From Guillardia theta CCMP2712 (lineage: Eukaryota; Protista; Cryptophyta), in NCBI RefSeq assembly GCF_000315625.1, contig NW_005434439.1:1-45126 (forward strand): DNA of 45,126 nt, given 5' to 3'. This document shows, piece by piece, positions 23,950 through 37,212 of this stretch. Below the pieces are notes generated by a model. That model was not told the DNA's origin and ran no database searches. It worked only from the letters and a program-made list of their open reading frames with translations. Position 1 is the stretch's first letter, and the number at the start of each line of letters is the position of its first letter. Position numbers and translations under genes: made by a program.

Positions 23950-25100
23950 CTGCAGTATTAACTTACTACCATTATTATTATCTCGCCCCCCACTCATCTC
24001 TTCTGTAGTAAAATAATCGGATGAGCCTCCTTGCCCGGCAGAACTTTAAAATCCAGTTGTCCGAGTTCTTATCTCTTTACTCAAAGTTAAGTTCTTATCA
24101 GGCTCATCAGTGTTGAAGTTCCGGCGACTGACTCAGGCCCGGGTTCCGGGCCGGACTCAGGCTCACAGCCGCAGGGCCGGGCCAGCGGGCCGCCGCGCGC
24201 GGCCGGGGGCCCAGGCGGCAGCCGCCCGGCGTCTGACGGGCCGGGGGAACGCAAAGCTTGAAGTACGGTAGTACGACCGTACTACGGTACGGTACCGTCC
24301 GATTTTGCCATAATTGCGGGGGGGGAACTTCCGGCCAGGGCCGCGCCCGGCCGCGCCCGCATCCGATCTGATCATTGGACGGAAGTTAGTACCCAGTCAT
24401 CACGCGGCTAATCATAGTAATCTTCAATGCCGGGCGTCACGGTCCGACCGTAGGGTCACGCGGCGGTGATTTTTCAAATGAGCCGGCCTCACAGTGTGTT
24501 TCGTGATCGGACTCCGGGTAGGGAGGTCCGACGTTCAAACTTGCCAAGTTTCAAGCCTAAAATAAAATTGTCACATAAGTCGAAGGCTTCACCGTAACAC
24601 AGTGATTGATTAGTAGACTACCTCATGATCTCACTTCCGAATTCCTGGGGTGCAGCCGGGGGCCTACAGGCTTCTTTGGACCCTGTTTTGACTTGAAATC
24701 CCGGGCAAACACGCCACCTCCCAATCCACCCCGGTGAAAGCAAACCCCCCCCCTCACGGGCTGAGTCACTTCGGCTTCCGAGGCGGCGGCGCCGCGCCGC
24801 CGCCGCCGGCCCTGTGACGGCGGCGTGACGAGAGCGTTGGCGCTCAGAATCATGGCGAGGCAGCACAGTGCCGCACTGAGTGCGCGCGGCCCGGCCGGGC
24901 CCGGCCAGGCTTTCAAGTATGGAGGACTCCGACGCCGGCCCGTACTAGCCGGCCGCGGCCCGGGCGCCGGAGTCCGATCACTGGCGGGCCGCACTGCCGA
25001 CCGTACGGAGTCAGTCTTGAAATAGTTCCCGCCACTTTGCCACAAACAAGACCCCACCCCCCTCCAATCAATCCAACCAGCGCACCCACCCCCTCCCTCC
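23950..25100. other. GC-rich intergenic island between divergent genes (upstream of ATR)
   Basis: CCGG/GACTC/CTGA mosaic ending in a caccc tract just before the ATR start. Confidence 0.7.
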
Positions 25101-25125
25101 CTAGGACGAGGGAGTGAAGGAGAAC

Positions 25126-28100
25126 ATGGAAGAAGTCTTGTCGCTGCTCCACGAGCTCAGCGCGGCAGACGATGAGAACCCCGAGGACGAGACGCTGAAG
25201 AGGATGAGGATGAAGCTCCTGGAAGGTGAGACTAGCTCTCTGTCGCCCCTACCCGCCAGCATATACCCATACGCGCCTCGAGTTGAGGGTCCCCTCATGA
25301 TGATGTATGATGATGATGTATGATGAAACAATGCGGATACTTGGTCGTTTATACTAGTAGCTGTTTGATTGCTGAGCCTGTAATCTTGGAAGATCTGAAG
25401 AGTCTTGTTCAAATGTTGGCTGCAAATGACTTGAACGACAGTCATGCCAAGGTGCATTGCTGCGCAGGAGGACGAGGATCTAAAACCAATATCAAAGATC
25501 TTGCAACTGCTTAAGTCGCTAGCGGATTCAGTTCCAGCTATGTTCGAGAATGGAGAAGCAACTTGCATTGCACCTTTTGTAGTTCTCCTTTTCCCAATGC
25601 TCAATGGTTACAAGTACAGCAAAGTTCGTGATGACGTACTGGAGACTTTGGACTCTTTGATACTTTTATCTGTATCCAAGGATATATGGTCAGTCAAAGT
25701 CCTTCTCGAAGACAGCTCTATACTCTATGAGAAGATTTCACGAACAAACCGAACAAGCTTAGACACAAGCTCAGCTAAATTGATGTGTCTAGAAAACTAT
25801 TTGAAAGAGATAAGTCAACAAGAAAATCATAACCTTGAGTGCGTCATCTGTGGTGAAGATTATGAGAACAAGACAGCATTGCGTTCTTCGCTTGAATCAT
25901 TTTTTCATCGTATTATCTGCATTGCTCCACATTTCTTTCAGGATAAAGTTAGGTACTGAGCAATTCTCTCCTAGAAACTTAATTTTAATGTTTTTTTTGT
26001 TTGGGTACAGGAGAATCTGGAAAGTATGCACCAGTCATCTTTGTGAGAATTTGAATGATTGTACCATTACGTTTTGGAATTTGCTTTGCACACTACTGGA
26101 ATCGTTTCCTATTCCAATGAGTGAGAGTGATGATATTCTTGAGGGCCTGGTATGGGGTATTAAGACCAACCTTCTTGCTATGCGACACCAAGAACTCAGC
26201 CAAAATCTGATTGGAGATCCCATATTTGTGAAAATGATCGATTGTTTCAGCAAAGCGGTAATTAAGATGTCAGCTGATGTGAATATGACGAGTTATGAGG
26301 AGCCAATTCTGCTTTCTCAAGCGCTGCTGAGATTGGGTCTGAACCGAAGCATGAAAGAAAGAATATTGACAGGGATGGAGTACATGTTTTCTTCTTCGCC
26401 AGTGAATGTAGCATTAGCTTTGCAACTAAATGAGTTCTTCGGGGACGAGAGCCTTCAGAACGCTCTTGTGAAGACAGTAGGAAATAATCTGAAGTTGTTC
26501 AATGGTTCCCAGCAGCACTCAAACTACCTCATGCGACACTTTGCTCATTCAAAACCAGTGTCAAGTTGTCAGTTTGATTGTGAAAGTACTCTTAACACTT
26601 ACCCACTATTCCTCGGAAAGGAGCAAGTTTATTTTGAATCAATCTCTGCAGCCTTACACGAATATACACGATTAACAGAGTCCAAACGTCAAACTATGCA
26701 ACTGGGAATAGGTTACGATACCAAATCTTCAATCGTAAGCGCGGCAGATTTGCTGCTTCTTTTCTATTGGATTTCCTTACGAAACGCTCTGAAAAAGAGC
26801 GCCAGAAAGCGGAAGCGATCCCCAAGGAAAGATGAATCTATGCACGACTCTTTGAAGGAATTTATTCAAATTGAAACGTTTGTCAAAATATTGGGGGACG
26901 CAGATCTTGAGTTTGCCGGAGAATTTCTTGTGAATTCTGTTGATCAAACTCTGTCTGAGATGTTTAAAACCTGTACATCAAAGAAGTCAAGATCATTTAT
27001 ACTGCAAGTGAGTATTTTGCTGATTGTGTACTTGTAAATTTCTCAATGACATTGTCTCAGATCTTTAAATGCTTATTGAATCCTAAATCAATCAGAACAT
27101 ATGGAATTAGAACCCTGCAATCTTTCAAGCCTGATACAGTCAAAATCCTGGTGAATGGAATATCAAATATTGAGGAAAAAGAACACATGTATTTAATCCA
27201 AATTTTAGCCTACCACAAATTCTCCGATGCCGACCTTGCAACAAACTGTTTCCATGAGTGTTTGAACTCCAAAAATGAGCAGGTTGCTGCTCAGGCTGTT
27301 CAACACATCGCGGATCTTGTGCTTTTGTATGAAATCCCTGCGGAGCGAATAGAAACGATGATGGAAATATTAACAAAGTATTTTACTGTGGTTCTGTTAC
27401 TCCTTCTGATTTTTTTTCTTGCAGACTGATGAAGACCAATAACAAACTGTTGAGCAAGTTTATCCCGATGTCCATGGCACGGATACTAGTTGCCATGTTT
27501 GCAAAAGTCAGGCGAAGCTTCAATGTAGCCAATCAGTCAAGTGATCTGCGAGATTTTGTCAAAAAAATGAGAACTCCACAATGCCACTTAGAAATGATGG
27601 AAAATGTCACGTTTAGTGCACACGGTGAAGAGTTAGGGACTCAGCAAATAAACAAGTCCAGAGGTCAAATATCTCAAAAACATTCTGACTTGATGATTAG
27701 AGCAATCAAACAAGTCTCTCAGATTGTCAACGATCCTATTCCTGGAAACGATGAGTTGATGATTTCTGCATTGCAGTCGATTCCAGTTTTGCTGGAATTG
27801 TCGGATGATGATCATATCAGACACTTCGCAGGAATTCAAAGATACCTCGATTTGGTTTTGCATCCCGACACAAGTTTGCAAGTGCGCAAATGTGCTGCTG
27901 CATTTCTTGGACTGTTGAGTTCAGGTCAGATATGATTTGTTTGATTACTATCTTATAGTCTGACTCACAGGCGATGGTAAAATGCTTCTCAAGCTTACAA
28001 AATCGAACAATATGATAGAAGAAATAGAAAAAATGCTCAACAAGATTCGGGCAACGCTGTCGAAAGTTGAACCATCTTCTTTGGGAGCATCGATTGTCAA

Positions 28101-31100
28101 GGGTTGCTTGATGGTTTATGGATTCTTGGGAATTGCACAGTGCAAGAGTGATAGCCAGGATCTTGAGAAGATAGTTAATGCAATTGTGTCAGATTTGTCC
28201 TTGATCTCAGTTCAATTTCTTAGCTTGAAGATGTTTGAATTGTCTTCCCTTTCCTACGCAGCTTTACAAGGAATTGCAGAGGCTCGTCAAATGAAGGTTC
28301 GCTTTGTTCAATTACATGAGATCCTATTGTGATTGGTTTACAGGTCATAGAACTGATTTGCAGCAACGCCACAAGTTTGAACGGCCTTCTTGAACCGGTC
28401 TCAGATAGCATTCAAAGTAGTCAAGATCTTGTTTTGGCCTTTGGATCTCTGTTTGCAGATGAAAAATTCTCTACCTATTCCGAAATTCTACAGGTATGGT
28501 ATTTCTATAGAAATCGGAGAACACGTTCAAGTCTGATCCTCCTCATTTCAGCTTGCTATTCCACATGTCTTGCCAAAAATCATCGTGAGAAAGGATACAA
28601 AGTTATTAGAATTGATGGCCGAGAAAATGCAGGTCTTCGCTAACGAAATGTGCCTTTCATCGAAAGTAAGTCTATTGGTCAGATGTCAAATGCGGCAGAG
28701 CTTGTATGTGGATACTTCATAGAAGTTGTGAGATATATATTGCTTCTTCCAAAGGAAAGCAACGACCAGTTTGAAACTGCAAAAATCTCCATCGCAAATT
28801 TCCTTGACACGGACTTCAATGTTCTTGCAAGAGATATACGTTCATATGATATTCTGAGTGGTATATTGCTCGAGGCAAGTTTGTTTTACTTCATTTCTGT
28901 TGTGGCTAACTCTCCACATTCAGATTGCTTCGTATGATGGTGCAACAGAACAAGAATATTCGTCATGGGTCATGTACAAACTATGTTCTTGTCTGGTTGA
29001 CGCTCCACGATCAACATATGCAAGTTTGGAGAAGGGCTTTAAGATACCGGTAAAAGGATTGTCCGTGTTGATTTCCACGTCACACGTACCACAGGCCATC
29101 GAGCTTTTACATAAATCAGCACCTCTGAAAGATTTCTACTCTCGCTTCATTCATGACCAGACCATGCAAAATTTCCGTGTCAATGAAAGGTCGGATTGTA
29201 CAACAGGCCAAATCAAGTTCCTCAAGGTAATACCTCACGATCACGCACTTCCGCAAATCACTCCTGATTGCAGGCTATAAAATTCACGATTCCATTGCTG
29301 GGAAAGTATCTTGATCAAGTCTTCCCTATGCTCATTTCCACAATCAAGTGCGCACAGCAAATTATTGGACTTCAAGACCTTTGCTGCGAAGTCTGGCACA
29401 AGCTGATTGAGACCTCAGGACCGTCTAGTCTTCAGCTACAACGAAGGTATTCAAAAGCATGGCGAGTCTTGGCGGCTGAAGATTGTTTGCTTTCAGTCTA
29501 ACTCAGATTGTGGTGACGTTGTTGGCGCTGGCTGAAAAGCATCCTGACAAAGTTGCTCCGTCACTTGAGTTGATTGTTGTGTCGTGGTATGAAAGTTTGA
29601 AAGAGGAAATCAAGTACATTCCATACATCCCACAAAAACATGCAAAGCTCAAGAAAGTGGACTCGGTGAATGAGTGACGTTGAGTTCTTTCACTGTGTGA
29701 CTTAGAAATCTTAGATTCTGCGAAAACAACAACATGTCGACGATGTTGCAAGCCTGATACACCGACACGTGACTGGGCTTTGCTGCGACGACGAAGTTGT
29801 TCAAACATATGCTTTGCTGGAGCTGAAAAGTACTTTACGGTGAGTTTGTATCAATTGCTTGGGCAATCTCAATCTTATTCATTTGCGTCTGGCAGACTTC
29901 AACAAGAAGCTTTCTTCCAGATTTTTGACGGAAATTCCCTGGACGAGGCTCGTTTGAGAGCCATAGCCAACATGAAGGAGCTTATCAGCGTCCTGCTACG
30001 AAGATGCGCAATCGGGAAGACAGACCTGAGGATTCTGAGCAGTGAATGTCTGGGGGAGATAGGAGCTATAGATCCTTCACGTATTGGACTGATCAAGAGG
30101 TCATTGTAAAGATTTGCATTCCACGTTCATAACATTCTGTTCCAGGGAAGATGAATCAAAAGTTGATGAGAATGTTGACGAGTTTGCTCTTGACTTGGTC
30201 GTCAATCATCTCGTCAAGATTGTTCGAAGTGGACCTGATGTTGGACCAACCAGGGCAAACATGGCAAAGAGAACAAAAGCAAATAATTTTGCTCAGCTTG
30301 CTATACAGGAAATTCTGCGATTTCTTGGCTGCAAGCAGACTTCCGATATTGAAACTCCGTCTAAACCCACAAGGAACATTCCATTACGCGAGACATTTTC
30401 TCAACGGTCAATGTCTCAGCACCCAAATCATTACACCACGAATCCTGATGATATCAGGGGGAGAAAGAATTGGGATCGTATTCCAAAAGACGTACAGCAG
30501 ATTATCAGCCCCTTCCTTGCCGGAAATCTCATCCTGAAAGAAACCCCATCTTCAACCCAGTATCCTATTTACAACAATAACATTCGATTTGATTACTGGG
30601 TGCGGTTATTTACTAGGGATGTGATACAAAGGTGCGATGGAAGAATTGGTGAATTGTTACAGAAATTGCAAAAAGTAGTGATGTATGACACCTCGCTTTC
30701 ATTACATGTTTTGCCGCATGCAGTTTTGAATATCATACGTTTCGGAGATGAGACGGATTGTAATATTATCCGAAACGAACTGCTTCTGGTACTGCAAGAC
30801 GTCAAATTACTTGAAGATCTGATAGATGAGGGAGTTGTGAAGAAAGTGCATAATGGAAAACGATTTGTCCTGGCGAGCGCATCTGGAGATCAGCGAAATT
30901 TGCAACAACACTCAAACTCGAAACTTTTCTTGAAGATTCTTGGAGAGAAGAGATGTATTGGTTTCATCGGTGATGACATGGTTGTCACGGTTGACCAGCA
31001 ATTCAGTCATGCCATCTGTGAGGGCAAAACCAATTACTGCATCTCAAAAGGAATGACTTCGGTTTCAAACTGGGAAGAAACTCAAGAAAAGTTCACTGGA

Positions 31101-34100
31101 ATGACGCAGACAGTTTTCTCTTTGATAGATTCTCTCACAAGATGGCTCGAGAAGACCACCAAGAAAGCTGAAATGCCAAATGAAGTGTCTAACGACCTGC
31201 GTAAACAAGCAAAATCCGTCGAAAAATTCCTTCTCGCGATTCCGAAGCGAGTTCTTGCAGAGACATCATATCGCTGCGCAGCGTTTGATCGAAGTCTCAT
31301 GTACTTGGAGACAGCAATTCGAGAAGAATGGAGTCGAGGTAACGCTGACCGCGAAAGTTCAGGGCAAGCTGTCAGGTCTCGACTGATCGATGATCATGCT
31401 CTGGAGCTGCTGCAACATATTTACGCTGGGTTGGAAGACGCTGACAATCTGACGGGCGTTGCAGAGATGCGACAACGTAGTAGCCTAGAGGAAACAATTT
31501 TGGATAGCGAGATAGTCGGAGACTGGACCTCAGCACTTGCAGGGTATGAACAAGCCTTACAGCAAGCCCCCGACTCCATCAGAAACCACCACGGCCTTCT
31601 GTGCTGTCTACGAAACCTTGGACATCTTCACACCATGTTGACGCATGCCGAAGGTGGAATCACCCGATACCCGAACGAGGCCACGAACTTTCGCTCCTAC
31701 GCGTTGCAATCGTCTTGGAGACTTGGGAGATGGGATCTTATCCAACAACACTTGGATGAAACAAGTCTACAAGACACGTCTATCAAGACTCCTTTCCAAA
31801 ATCATCTTGCAAGAGTTTTGCTCCTTCTTCACAAGGGCGAGGAATCATCATGCAAGAAGCAAATACGTAGAGCTCGTCAGTCGGTACTGGATTCATTAGC
31901 CGCAGCCAGCATGGAGTCATATCAGAGGGCGTATCCTCTTATATTGCGCCTGCACATGCTGACAGAAATCGAACATGTCCTGCATCTTTTCTTTAGCCAA
32001 GCAGACAAGAGCCAAGACGCAAAGAGGATGGTCATTGAGACTGTGAAGAGCTCATGGGAAAAGAGGTTTGAGCACACACAGGCGGGGCTGATGGGAAGAG
32101 AGCCTCTGCTTGCTCTGCGACGTGTGCTCTTTCAAATGTTGGATCTCAAAGCAGAAGTGGCTGATAGTTGGCTCTACTTTGCAAAGGCAGCTCGACATGC
32201 TGGGCATGAAAGTACAGCACATAGTGCGATCATGCAAGCAGAAAGGTACGGGGCATTAAAGGCTCACGTTGAGAGGGCGAAGCTGAAGTGGAGCAATCCG
32301 ATGGAGCGATATGACGCGGTTCGAGTCCTGAGGGAATACATCGATATCCATAGTCAGTCGCCTACTAGTGACATGGGAATAACTGCCAAGGCGATCGTGC
32401 TCCATTGGAAGTGGACCCAAGAGCTGGGAATGCAAGAGATTTCTCAGATCATTGAAAATTTTCAAGAGCATTGCACACGTTTGCCTGCCAACCATCGAGA
32501 ATCAGAGAAAATCAACTTTCTTCTTGGGCATTTCTTCGACATCTCACTCTTTCCAGACAGAACAGGTGCAAGTAAGTTCGAAGGGAATGGCAACAATGGT
32601 TGTCGAGTCACAAACAGAAAAGACAGTCAACTCCTTCCTTCCATCCTGAATCACTACGCGACCAGCCTTCAATACGGGCACAAGTACATTTTCCAATCCT
32701 TACCACGACTGCTTACGTTATGGTTTGAAAACGCGGAAAACCCAAGCGTTTCACCAGAGATAAAGAAGCAGCTCCATCAAGCCCTTCAGAAGATGAAGAG
32801 CAATGTTCCTTCTTACACATGGTTGTCTGTGTTCTCGCAACTTATTTCACGTATTTGTCATACGGACCCAGACGTTCTCTCGTGTCTCATCAGCATCATC
32901 GCGTCTGTCTTCATCAAGCATCCAGCCGAGTGCTTGTGGCAGATGGTTGCTGTCGTCAGGTCGAATCAACCTCCTCGCAGGAAACCGGCGAGAGAAGCCT
33001 TGACCATGGCGTTGAATCAGTTGAAGAACGACCAGAACCTTCGCAGCAAAGTGGAGGACATCCTGAAAGCGTACATCGGGCAAGATCACAGGCACGGTTT
33101 CGTGGACGAGCTGGTCAAACTCTGCAATGTAGCGTGGAAGAAGGATCTCAAGTCCAAGACGATGAACATACAGCAGGAAGGCGTCAACCTGATCCGAATG
33201 ATGAAATCGCCGCAGATGAAGAACAAAATCCTCATGCCTGAGCAAGCCATGTTGATCCCAGTCCTGCCCTGCGATGGCAGAGCAAGCATGTCGCACAATC
33301 CCTATCCAGAGAACTCTGTCTTTGTGAAGGACTTCGAAGAGCAGGTCGAAGTGATGCAATCAGTTCAAAAACCTGTTGTTGTGCGAATCCTTGGCAGTGA
33401 TGGAAAGGGCTACAGGTTTCTATGCAAGCCCAACGATGATCTAAGAAAAGACAGTCGGATGATGGACTTCAACACGATGATTAATCGTTTGCTGCTCAAC
33501 GACAGTGACTCCAGGAAACGCAATCTTTGCATAAGAACATTTGCTGTTGTTCCATTGAACGAGACCAACGGTATCATCCAGTGGGTGAACAACACGAACG
33601 TGATTCGAGGGATCCTGAACGCACTTTACGAGTCAGAGTTTGGCAAGGACTACCACAGCACCAAGAAGATATCTGACATGTACTCAAAGCGGTTAAAGCC
33701 CAAAGGAGATCTCCACGAGATAGACTTCTACAGGCTATTGACCAACAAGTATCCTCCAATCTTCCACAAGTGGTTCTTGAACAACTTCAGAGATCCAGCT
33801 ACCTGGGTGCTGGCTCGCAACGCGTTTGTTCGCTCAACCGCCGTATGGAGCATGGTCGGCTATGTGATCGGCCTGGGCGACAGGCATGCCGAGAACATTC
33901 TGATCGAGTCAACGTCTGGCGATTGTATCCACGTGGACTTTGCCTGCATCTTCAACAAAGGCGAAACTCTCCAAGTGCCGGAAAGAGTTCCCTTCCGCCT
34001 GACCCCAAACATGATCGACCCGATGGGCGTGTGCGGGTACAAGGGAGCCTTCACTAGCATGTGCACTGTAACCATGAGGATTCTCAGAGACAATTGGGAC

Positions 34101-34364
34101 TCGCTCATGAACGTGCTGGAAACTTTCGCTCACGACCCCCTCGTCGAGTGGATCAAGAAGGACAGTGACCGGCATCAAAGTGAAAGCACGCAGAAGCTCG
34201 GCAAATGCGAGCGGAGGCTACGGGGGGAGGTTACGAGGTTCCCAGACCGGCGAGACATCAGGCAGCTCTTGTCGGTGAGCGGACAAGTCAGAGCAGTGAT
34301 AGCAGAGGCAGTTGACCCTGAGAACCTCAGTCAGATGTACAAGTGGTGGATGCCATGGTTGTAG
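25126..34364 (+). CDS. ATR: ATR/Mec1 PIKK checkpoint kinase (HEAT region, FAT, kinase, FATC)
   Basis: SMESYQRAYP, YGHKYIFQSLPRLLTLW, GSDGKGYRFLCKPNDDLRKDSRMMDF, GLGDRHAENIL, IHVDF, VPERVPFRLT and FATC NLSQMYKWWMPWL*. Upstream exons on the same strand chain back to the ATG at 25126. Confidence 0.93.
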
Positions 34365-34405
34365 CCAAATGAAGTGAATTCGCTTGATTATCTTGATGTT
34401 ACAAG

Positions 34406-35816
34406 TCAGTCCATGATCTTTCTCCTTGTCGTGTTGCTCTCCATTGTATCGTCTGATCCCTCGCCGCTTGCCGCCGCCATTTTTCGCTTTAGTTTCGTTA
34501 GGATCCGACGGCTCTGGCAGTACTTCTCCAGCGTCTCACAGTCAAAGATGTAGCCGTGATCGCTGACGAACTTGTTCCGGAGAGCATAGTCCATCCCTGA
34601 CGTTGCCGGGGCAGGAGCCTTGTTGAAGGGTCGGAAGCCGATTCGTCGGAGCATCATAAAGAACCTGACCAAGTGTGAGGGGAGGAGAATTCCTGTGCGA
34701 GGGGGCGAGGGGAGGCAAGTGGGGACGAGGGCGGGGGTGGGGGTGTGGAGGCAGGAGTAATAATTATAGAGAGGAGCGTGCGGGTGAGGGAGGGAAAGGA
34801 GGGGAGTCAGCGAGGGGGAGGAGGGGACTGATGGTGTAAACTCACGCTCGCATGTTGAACTTGCTGGCATCGTGCTGGAACCATTGCTTCACCGCTACCC
34901 ACCAGTCGTCGATCTTGAGCACCCTCCATGCTTTGATGGCGAGTGGGTTCAGCTCCTGGTCGCAGGCAATGTCTCCCTCTTTCAGCTCCTCCACTATCAC
35001 CACCTCCTTGCTCATCAAGTCGTACAAGAATCGGCGGAAGGAGTCAATCTGGTTGCTCTGCCCTATCCTGCTCAGCCCCTCGTCCCCATGAGCCATCGCC
35101 AGCTCCCCCTTCGAGTCGCTGTCCCCTCCTATCCCGTGCGTTGTGCTGCCGAGCATGTTAACCGAAGATGATCTGCTGGGCTGAGCGGGAGCAGAGGCGA
35201 AACTTCGTGACGATCCCGAGATCAGCGAGGGGTCAACGGATGTGAACATAGAGACACGACTGCCTGCTGAGAAGCTGGTGGAGGACGTCTGCGAGGCACC
35301 AGGAGTCTGTTGAGGCCTGCAGGGAGCAGCATGCACACTCATATGCCGAGAGAGCGCAAGGAGGTCAAGGGGGGGAGCGATCGAGACCAGAGGTCTAGCA
35401 AGGAAAGAGGCCTGCGGAACGAAGGAGCCAGCGACGTTTGAGTTGTGAAGGGTCGGGGTTGACAGTCCAAGAGTCTGGATGGAGGGGATGGCCTGGCCGA
35501 TGGGGGGAAGGGTCTGACTTGAGTGTGCTGTCTGTGATGGTGTGAAGGATGAAAGAGGGAGTGAAAACTGCAGGAGCTCTGCCGATGAACGTGCTTGATT
35601 CGAGTTCAAGATTTTCTGTATCTCTGCCGCCGTTGAGTCGATGCACCTGCTTTGCGGGGGGATGTTTGGCCGATTCTCCTGGTGCATTGCAAGGCTCAGC
35701 AAGACGCTCGCGTTCTGTAGAGATACAGAGTCGGAGGAAGCAGAGAGCTCCGATTGCTCAATGTGAGCTTGATCTGTCAGCCCTCCAGAGCTCGAGAAAG
35801 CTTCCCACAGTCTCAT
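34406..35816 (-). CDS. Putative transcription factor: long S/P/Q-rich low-complexity N-terminus plus divergent HSF-type DNA-binding domain near the C-terminus
   Basis: Two ORFs joined by a phase-2 intron (~34666-34845) give FRRFLYDLM...WRVLKIDDWWVAVKQWFQHDASKFNMRAFFMMLRRIGFRP. Confidence 0.65.
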
Positions 35817-36184
35817 TCGTTGAGCATCAAAGAAATCCTAGCACGTCCGTTCCGCTTGTTCAGGTCCTATCCACTCTTCTCAGAACAAGATACGAGTCAG
35901 TTGTGTCCGAATACAGACGTCCAAGTCGCAGCAAGTCGAGCTTGCCCGACTTTAGTTCTCTACAAACTCTCCTAGAAATTCTCTGCTTGCAGCGATGGTC
36001 GGCTAGTGGATGTCAGAGAAAGAGGAGCGATCAAGGCTATCCCACCTCTGTTTCGAGCAGGAGGAGACGCGGCGAAGGGTGGCAAGACGGTAGGCTAGGG
36101 CGGGGACAGGACAGCAGCAGTCACCACTGCCAGGCGACCACCTTGCAAATCCACAGGGGTCATGGGTCTGAAAAATGAAGGTGA

Positions 36185-37170
36185 GAAATGGGGGTAGTAC
36201 ATGGAAGTTGGGGGGTACTCGCAAGCCGGGGGTTCAAGACTACCCCCCTTTGGGAGGTAGTGACGCTGACCAAAAGCTTATGCGAACCCAAGAATATCTT
36301 ACAACAGCGAAGAGTAACGTGACCACTCCATGTGTGTAGGCGAACCATCAGCATTTCTGCTGACATTGGTTCGAAACGTTGTGATTTCGGAAATCTCCTG
36401 ATCGAAACGTTGTCTTTTTAATCTTTTTTGATTTGACTAGGGACACGGGATGTTGAAATTTAAGTTTTTCGTATTAGACAAGCAGAGACCCACCCCTGAA
36501 ATCATGGTAGAAGGACCGGGTGTACAATCTGAGGCGGGCTTGAAATAACTCAGTCTCAGGCTTGCAACGGTTGAGATCATCAGTGACCTGGGGGTAACGT
36601 AATTGCAACAGTATGCCCCCGGATCCTCCGTCCCTACCCCCGAATTCCCATCAGAAAGAAGGGGAAAGTACCCGTCTTGCACGCAGGGGACTCTGGAGTC
36701 ACAAATGCTAGGTCCAAGTGTATCCCACCCCCCACTCCAACCTCTTCAACCCCTGACATGAGACCGGCTAGGGTGGGTCTCTTTGTAGTCACGTTCTTTT
36801 TTTGTCACAGACGATCGGACTCCGATCATTGCTCTGACCGTGATCAGCGCCGGGCTCCGAGTGGCTTGCTGGCCGGCGGGGCCCACTTCAGTGCGGGCGG
36901 CCCGTGCGGCGGCCCGGCGGCTCTCAGAGTCTGCCGACCCCGTGAGCCGGGCTCAATGAGTCGATACGGCACCACTTGGCCGACTCGCCGCCAACTTCCG
37001 AAGTTCGGCTGCCCCGGCCCGGGTTCGGAATCGCCCGGCTTGAGCGGCCCTGAGCGGCAGTCGCCGCCGAGTCTCGGAGTCGGCTGAGTTCAAGGATTGA
37101 CGGTCAAACGTGACGCCGGTGAACGGTCTTCAAGGGCCGAGTTCGGTGCCCGGAAACTCTACTAGTAGTA
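36185..37170. other. ACCC-tract plus GC-mosaic island upstream of the HSF-like gene
   Basis: gggggtag and accc tracts, then a GC mosaic at 36830-37150. Confidence 0.65.
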
Positions 37171-37212
37171 GCTGAGACTTTGAAGTCCGACTAGCTGAAA
37201 CTACTCGGCAAC

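Noticed and set aside
36366-36412. tRNA-like GGTTCGAA
   Set aside because: No cloverleaf can be formed; it is only an 11-bp direct repeat (tcgaaacgttg).
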